Virus record (IMG/VR): IMGVR_UViG_3300003618_000228
Source: an uncultured virus (IMG/VR IMGVR_UViG_3300003618_000228)
Taxonomy: Duplodnaviria; Heunggongvirae; Uroviricota; Caudoviricetes
Strand: one strand, 5' to 3'
Length of the DNA stretch: 64,000 bases
Under the pieces are notes generated by a model. The model was not told the DNA's origin. It was given only the letters and a program-made list of their open reading frames with translations, and did not search any database. This document shows, piece by piece, positions 28,201-37,200 of the stretch. The position numbers and the translations under genes were made by a program. Numbering within the stretch: the first letter of the stretch is position 1; each line of letters begins with the position of its first letter.

Positions 28201-31200
28201 TACAGGAATAGCTGTAGCACCACTACCATCTCTGTGTGTGCCATCTTCTAGTGCTGAAATTCTAAAGTAACCATAATTTAAGTTACTTGGATCATTTTGT
28301 CTAAAAGTATATGTTGAACCTCTATATAGTGTAATATTGGGTCGTTCTATACCATCAATATAAAAATCAGGACTACCTGTACTATCTAATACTACAGTTA
28401 TAGCAAATATTTTGTTTTCATTAGGAGTTACTTTATCCTTAATTGTAAATTTCCAACCCATATCTTTCCATTGAGTAGAATTTTGTTCAGTACCACTATA
28501 ATACCATAATATATCTGGGGTATGCTCTGGTACAACAAGAACAGCATTAGCAGTGGCCGCACCAGGTATTGCTGACACAGAATATGAGTAACCTAATTCC
28601 CATTGCGCGCCACTTGAAATAGTAACTATTGGTAGTGATGCTGAAATTGCACTAAAATCATAACCAGTTGTGTCATGTCCAATAGAATCATATGTAGTTG
28701 TAGATGTAGTAGCATAATTACTGCCAGCAGTTAATACGTCAACACTGGTCACTTTCTTTGTATAATGATTATACCAATCAATCCAAGGTGTTGTAAGCAT
28801 TCGAACATCGTCGTCCGCTTCATATACATTAGGTGATCTAAATAGTTTGTCTGTTGTATCATAATAACCTGGTAAATCAAAATCACTATTACCTATTTGT
28901 GGAAGTTCAGTATAATTGTAACGGAATACATGTTCTCTAATATTAGTTCTATATGGTTTCGCTTCATTAATATAATCTTTAATGCTATCTTCTATGTCAT
29001 AACTGTAATTTACAAGTTCAGATAGTTTACGTACTGTTTGATTAATTGTTATAAAACTTGTCTTAAATGCCCAATCAACTCGCTGAGTTTGGTCATATAA
29101 AACATATTGAATTAATTCAAACCATAATTTATTAAATTCTATTGCTATTGAGCTTATAAACATTTCAGTATTCAAAGCATCTATAATATAATGAAGTTCT
29201 GTTAATGGTGTAGTTGTTGTATACAATGTTGTCTTAAATTTAATTGTAGCATTTTGTAGACCAATAACATCATATGTATCAGATGCAGTATTTGTATTCT
29301 TATATAATACCCATTTATTTTGTCCATCATTTAATACCTTAACTATATCGCCAAGTTTAGTGTCTAATTTTTTACGATCATTTTCTGTTGCAACCGTATA
29401 ATCAACAATGGTATTAGCATTATAGCCAGTAGCATACCAGTCTATATAATCCCAATATTTTGTTGTGTCATACTTTTGTTTCTTTTCAAAATTCCATCTA
29501 TTTTCACTAGTATTCCACTGATATGTTGTCCAATAATTGCCTTTTGTTTCATCTTTTGTTATGAGTACTTTATAACCATTTGCAATTGTGCTTGTATTAA
29601 TATAAGTTAGTTCAGTATATGTTGCTACGGTTTCACCGTAACCATATGTTGGTGCTTTTTCTGCTGATGAAATTTTTACTAGACTATAGTCTAATGCTAT
29701 TTTATTTTTAGCAAATACGGTATTACAAAAGTTAACTAATACTTTAATAGCACCTAATCTATCAATAAACATACTTTGTCGTGGATATTCCATTATACCA
29801 TAACGTGATCCAACATGCACGTTTAGATCTGGTACTAGGTTCTCTTTAGCATCTTTACCTGCTAAACTTTCTCCAAGTTTAGTAATTAGATAATTGTTTG
29901 GTTTGGACAGTGGGTTATTTGACTGAACTAATTGCCATTCTGTATGTAAAGGTATATCATTTTTAACAGTATCATATTCAATACTTAAAATAATATTATC
30001 AGCAGTTAAATTTGTCTGTAAGTTATGCCCAACAAACGCATTCGGCGCGGCAATACCTATATATTTTAATCCGTATTCTGTAGGATTTTTTAGTATTGTT
30101 GCGACAGTCTTTGCTGGCAATTTTCGTGTAGCGGCTGGAATAAAACTTTTTAATTCAAGTTCATTACCATACGCCGCAAATTTAATCTGTCCATTAGCGT
30201 CCAAATACGTTGTAGATACTTCTGGAACAGAAGTTTTGTTTTTAACCCAATAATAATAGATTGGTTCTAAAGAATTTGTTGTAATATTATACTGCTGATA
30301 TTCAACATATGCCGCATCGTTAGAGAATTTAGGCGTCCCGTCACCTCCATTTATTACATATGATGATGGCAATGTATCACTTTCAACCCATTCGTATATA
30401 TTAATTTGTGCACCGGGGAATAATTTACCCCAATTAAGTTTGCGATATTCCATATCACCCTGTTCGTAATCAATATATTTTGTATTGGTTAAATCCCACC
30501 ATAATGTACCAACTTCATTTGGACCCCAGTGGTTATTTAGATCGTTAACTACTGTTGTATCGGTTGTAATGTTATATACTGCTGGATCATATAACGTTTT
30601 AAAACTAATTTCCTCGTCAGCAATGCCTGGTATTTTACCTTTAATTGGATCAATATAATCAATATAATCAATAAACGTATTAGATGATTTATCATATGTA
30701 ATGACCTTATTAATAGTATTAATGTCTACCTTGTCATTTTGTGTACGTTTACTGTTCCATGAAATTTTGTTTAATTTGTTAGTCGCCTCCATAACAGAGC
30801 CAGTATTCTGTGTAAATTTCTTGACTGCTATCACTGATGTTGCAACTGGGATTACTGTAAATGTTACTGAGCTGTTTGGTGATGCATTATCACTACTATA
30901 CTCTGATGTAAGCATTACCCTACCGTTCATTGTAATTTCTAAATCAGCAGTAGCAAATTGTCCTGTTAATGCATACGTCGATGCAATTCCATCCGCTGTT
31001 ATTGTTTGTGTTGTATAATAATCGTCACCAGGAGCACCAATTAATGCTGTATTGCCAACCATTACTAAACCTGTGCCAAACTTATCATTCTTTCTACGTC
31101 CTGCCCAATCTACTCGCTGTATTAATGAATATGACAAATCAGTATTAATATCGTAAATTAATGCCGAACCAGAGTCTGCTTGTATATCAGAAATTATTGT

Positions 31201-34200
31201 ATTCCCATTATCAAAAGTAGTAATGTTAGTGTCTAAAGACATAACAAATTCACTAGAACTTGTCGGACTTCCGATTGTGATCATTGTTGCTGTATTATTA
31301 AATGCAATATGTTCACCATAATAAGCATTTTGCGGACCATCTGGGTGACGCAATCCTGATTTATATGTGTATAGTGTTAGGCCGAATGCTGTAAACACTA
31401 CATCACCATTCGTCGTGCCTGGACGTATTGTAAGTTTGGCATTAGCATCGGTTTTTGTACTAACAATTTTTAATTTATTATCACTTGTAGCAGATGCAGT
31501 TATGTGTGGAATTGCTTTTGTTGTGATATCACCTACTACATTAGATAATGCTGTGCCAGTAAAGGTTACTTCAACATCATTAATGACGAGTTTATCACCA
31601 ATACTCACAGTTGGATTGGCAACAGTACCAGTTATTATACCACTATGTTTGGCATCATCTATCCAGCATTCTACCTCACCAGAATTGGTTGCTGATACAG
31701 TTGAGTCTGTTACAACAATAAAGTCAGCGCCTGGTGAACCAATAGCAATTATATGTCCGTCCACACCACACTCAACTTCCCTACCAAATTTCTCATTTAA
31801 ATCTGTTACGTTGCTCTTAATATCTTGTATTTTAAAATAAGTATCGGTAGGTGTTTTACCCCAAACTTCGATAGCACCTGCTGATAATATTGTATTATCT
31901 GCTTTGTTTGGTTGTCCAATATATGCAATGGCACCATCATCACTTATAGCAACACTACGCCCAAAGTCTGTACCCGACACACCAGTAAATGTTTTAATGA
32001 CACTATAGTAGTTTCCTTTCTTTATATGGATATTGTCAGTACCAGTTGGAGGAACAGTTATAAATGTAATTTGTGTAGCACTTAAAGTATAATCTAAAGC
32101 TTCAATCATAATTTGGCCATCTACAATTACAGTTAGTTCATTTGTGTTACTATGTGTTGTTGTAGAAAATACAAACACATTAGTAGAATTGTCTCCATTA
32201 AAATATTCATTATTAGCAGTAACACCAGTGCTTAATTTATACATATATGCTTTAAGTTCACCTGGTGCACCTACTAATACGTATGTACCATTTTTACTTA
32301 CAGCAACATCATAACCAAATAATCCGTTTGTTGTAGGACTTGATGAACGCATAATGTCAAATGGTTCGTATGTCTTGTCTGTTTTCTTTTTAAGTACGAT
32401 AGCATAGCCTTCACCACTATTACTATTTGGAGCACTTGTTATAATATAGTCATCTGTGCTTGCCGTATCAAATTGCCAACCTGCCCAACCACTATTCTTC
32501 AATTTACTACCATCTATAACAGTATTGCTATATGTAAAATCTCCAGGTGTTAATGCAACTGTTAGTGCATTACTACCACCCGGATCTAATGGCACTGTGT
32601 CTGTTTCTAATGTTGGTATCTCTTTATATGTTGGTCCAATAATGTAAGGATACACTACTGTTCCATCACTTTTAATTGTTAAGAAGTAAGCATAAGTTCC
32701 ATCAGGATAATCTGGCGTTACACAGTAACGACCATTATGCTTATCTAATGTACCTGCACTGGTAACAATACGATAATCTTGTATAAATGTTCCTACAGGA
32801 TATTCTGTATATGTATAACCACGACCAGAAACTGGCTCTGGATAGGCTTTATATGTTGATGTCATACGTGTTGGCGTGGTTGTTGAATTTGTGGCAGTTG
32901 AGTAGCCAAATGGGCCATAGATTGGATAACCATCATATGCATAGCCTAGGATTTTGGAGTGCCCGTCAGTGTGCCTCCAGTGATCACCACTATAATTGGT
33001 GCCTTGATAATATGTATTTGCTTGATATACATGGTAATCCCATTGACTTAAAAATTTGCCGCTGTGGTAATGGTACTGATCATCTTCTTGCGGATGTCCA
33101 TGTGAAGCATCCATACCAACTGCCGTTGCGTTTACTATACCGTTCCATTCAAATCCTGTTGGAGCAACACCCTTGGCTGGGCCATTATCGTTTGGTAGTG
33201 TTGCCGTTGCTGAAGGACTTGCAAATATAACGCCGTTTGCCGCAATACCAATACCACCTAGTGGTACAGTTACTTGTGGAGCTGCTGTAGTATTTGTTCC
33301 TACACGAGTTTTAAACGTATGTTTGTAATTGCGTGTTACAACTCTATTTGGATTTTTTCCATCTGCTGTGGGAAATGTTCCAAATGGTGCTGGGTGTGGT
33401 AATCCATCACTTTCTACTGTTAGTAAGTAACCTGAAGTACTTAATGTACTTAATGTTTGTGATGTGATATCACTTACAAATATGCTTTTAACATCAAACA
33501 CTGTAGCAACATCACGTGTCCATTGTTCAATATTACCTGCTGATGTTGTATCATATACCGCACTAACTAATATTGTCGACAGGTCTTTATTGCCTGCGAC
33601 ACCTTGTCCAAATCCTGTATTAATTGTTTTACTATTAGGAAATAATTGTTTTCCTAATGTGTAAGGATCTTTCTTTTCAAGCATAGCCCATTTATTAGTA
33701 CTATTATGATTATCAATCCAAGCATAGTCACCATCTTGCCAACCATATGTCGGTGATGTTCTATTGAGTAATGCAGAAGTAGTTGCATATCTGGAACTTT
33801 CTAATTTTAAAAATTCTCCAAAAGCAGGAAACGCGTCAACAGTGCCAGTAAGTTGAACAAATGCTATATTTTGTACGGTATTAGCATGTAATACTAAAGA
33901 ATTGACACCAGTACTTGATAAGTTAGTTTTAACTTTATAAATTCCACTATAGTCAGTACCATCAACTGCGTCAATAAATCGACGTAATATAATATAATCA
34001 TTGGCTAATATGGTACCAACTGGATTTTTAAAACTTACTTTAATTTCATTAATTGCTGGTGAAGAAATACTAGTTATGCTACCAAATGTTGCACTAATTC
34101 TATATACGTTCCAGTCATTTGAATTCTCTAGGTATGTTGATGGGTATGTAGTAGAATTTGCTACCCAAATTTTGTCTCCTATTTTAAAGGAATTCAAATA

Positions 34201-37200
34201 TGTACTTTTAGCAGTGAGTTTTATAGCGTCATCGACACCAGTTACTACGTATTCTCCAGTTTGATATGAGCTTGGAGTCGTAAATACCGACTTAAACGAA
34301 ACTACCATACCATTTGTTAAAGTTACAATAGATCCTGTTGTTGTAGTATAAGATGATTTTCCAATTAGTTGGGTGGTTACATTTAATTGTTCGATGATAA
34401 CTACTGCTACTTCTGGCACCCAATCCTCTAAACTTAATATTGTATGTTGTATGTCATCTAAGCGAGGATATCCGGCATCAGGCAAGTGGTCTCTTGTGCT
34501 AATATCTTCTGATAATTTTTTAAATATATTTTTATTAAACTGTCTTGGTTCTAATGGCTTTTGATATAAATCTTCAGGCCGATGAGTAATATTTGTATTC
34601 TTGTATTGTTCAGCAGTATTGATAACTTCAATTAATTCTGGATTATCAGTAAATTCATTTTCTTTTAATTTAAATTCAATTAATTGTGTACTTGCTACAG
34701 AACCATATTCACCAACTCTAAATGCCCATTCTTCGTATAAGTTAAGTGTGCTATCTATTGCTGGCAGTTTTGCTCTTAACAATTTATTAATAACAGATGA
34801 AGTTCCTTTTTCTTTAATAAATCCTTGGTAGAATTTCTTTTGTGCTACATCATCAATTTGCAAATTTTCTAGGAACTTTCTCTTTTGGAAACCAATTAAG
34901 TTAGATGCTAAAGATGAGGTCTTAATAATACGCCCATCTTCTTCTATATCATAATATCCCCTAAAATTATCTGCTTTAGAATCTAAATTGCTTAATAAAC
35001 CATTGTTTACTTTTTCTAATTGTTTCCATTTACTATGATCAAATTTTTCTAATTCAATTAAATCATTAGGATTATGTGTTATTTTACTTGTGTAAAATTT
35101 ACTTTTATATTTAATTATATCACCAATTTTGTAACTTGTATTCGCATCCCATTCATTTACAGAATCATCTAATAATACATATCCTGGTAATTGTTGTGTT
35201 CCATCCCATAACTCAGTTCTATATCCGATAAGTTTAATTCTATTTTGTCGACTGCCAGTCATTTGTGACCAAATAACATCTTTAAATACAGTCTCATTTT
35301 CAATAATTAACAGATGTTCTGTTTGTATTGGATTTAATTGAGCCGAATATATACCATCAATTTCTGGACTAGCACTTAATTCAAAAACGTTATCTATACG
35401 ACTATAAAATAAATCATTTACTATAATACGTTCCTTATTTTGGTTCAATACATTAGTTGGCAACATATTATTTGCTAATTTATCGATTTGTGATGATGTT
35501 AAATTTAATTTAATTTTATTACTACCAGCACTTAATGATATTAGCGATCCAACATTAAAATTACTCAAAGTCCAAAATAAAAACTCATTTGCTGTATTAT
35601 TCCAATCTTCTATTAATCCAAAACTATTTGTTATGTTGTCAAACACAAACCCTATATTTTCTAAATATCGTCCATAACTAATTAGAAAATCAAATGTTTC
35701 TTGAATTGAATTATATTCTTTGCCATATGGAATTGATACTGGTTCTGTTTCCCATTCATCATAACGTACCGCACCAATACCACCAGTTTTGGGTAACGCG
35801 TCTAATTTATAATAGTTGCCTCTATCTGTTTCCAGATCCGATGCTGTAAAATCAGCCGTTACCATGTAAAACTCATTACCAATTTTTATTACATCACCTG
35901 TTTTATATGATTGTCCTGTGAGATAATCAATAAATGCTGATTCTAAACCACCAATAGACACATTTATTTTTTTATTAGTAGTGACTATACTTGGCAATAT
36001 TTTAAAATGTGGTTGACTAGTGTTATATCCATTAATTTTATATCCATTAATTGTTTTTTCAAGTATAACACCACTATAATTAACACTTTCGATAGGACTA
36101 CTTTCCAGTAAATGTAAATTATAGTCTTCTTGTGGTATAAAAATATCTGTTGTAGATTTAGATGGAGATATTTGTTCTAATACAATCTTTAATTTGTCTT
36201 TGTCAGTAAATCCTGCCATTTTAACTGCTAGATTAAGATTTAAATGATTTAATTCCCAATTAAATTTTGTAGTACTAATACCTAACTGCTTTGCATAATC
36301 AATTATCCAGTTATTATAGCCTAATGTATAATCAACTGATAAGTCTGTATTAACATATGAATTGGTTTTAACGCTATTAGGTACAATTGGTAAATTTGTT
36401 ATTTTATCAATTTTATGTCCTATTGCGCTGGTTGATAACTTACTCGGATCAAACATTAATTCAAAATATTTTGCTGGCTTTGTTAGTGCTAATAATAATT
36501 GTACAGCATATGGATAATAACTGGATCGGCGCCAAGCAGTTTCTGCTGGGCCGTGATCACCAATTGTAAAATTAGCCGCTAAATCAGTATCTATAGGACC
36601 AAGTATGCCAATGGCTTGTGGTGTTTTTAACTTACCAGTAGCATCTGTTGGAATATAATTAGCAACCATGCCGGTGCGTTTGTATTCATCATACGTGCCT
36701 GCCCTGCTACCACTTACAATTTTTCCTGCTTCTAAGTCTGCCCACAGCACTAGGTTATCTCCAGTGTATGGAGCAGGACCGTATGTTGTTTCCCACCAAC
36801 TTGGTTTAATAGTAAAGCCAAGCATTTCCCAAGGATGTGAATGTGGACGATCTGTGTCGTAAAAATATTTATAAACGCCGCGCCAATATCCTGGCAATGC
36901 TTCCGTTCCGCCAAATCTGTCTTTTACTTGACTAAAATTCCAAGTAAAATCATTAGTACCGGCATATACTGTATTTTTGGTATAATCAACATTAAAGTGA
37001 TTTGCCCATTTTGAAAAATGCATTGCTAAAATATTATTATTTTGTGCTAATGTATATGTTGTTGGTCTATATTTTGTCGGGAAGGTGTCCGTTAATTTAA
37101 TTAAATCTATATCGTAAACTGCTTTTATATTATTATAAATTCGGTTCTCTAATTCTAATAATAAATTATCTCTATAGTCATTATATGCTGGTGTAATAGA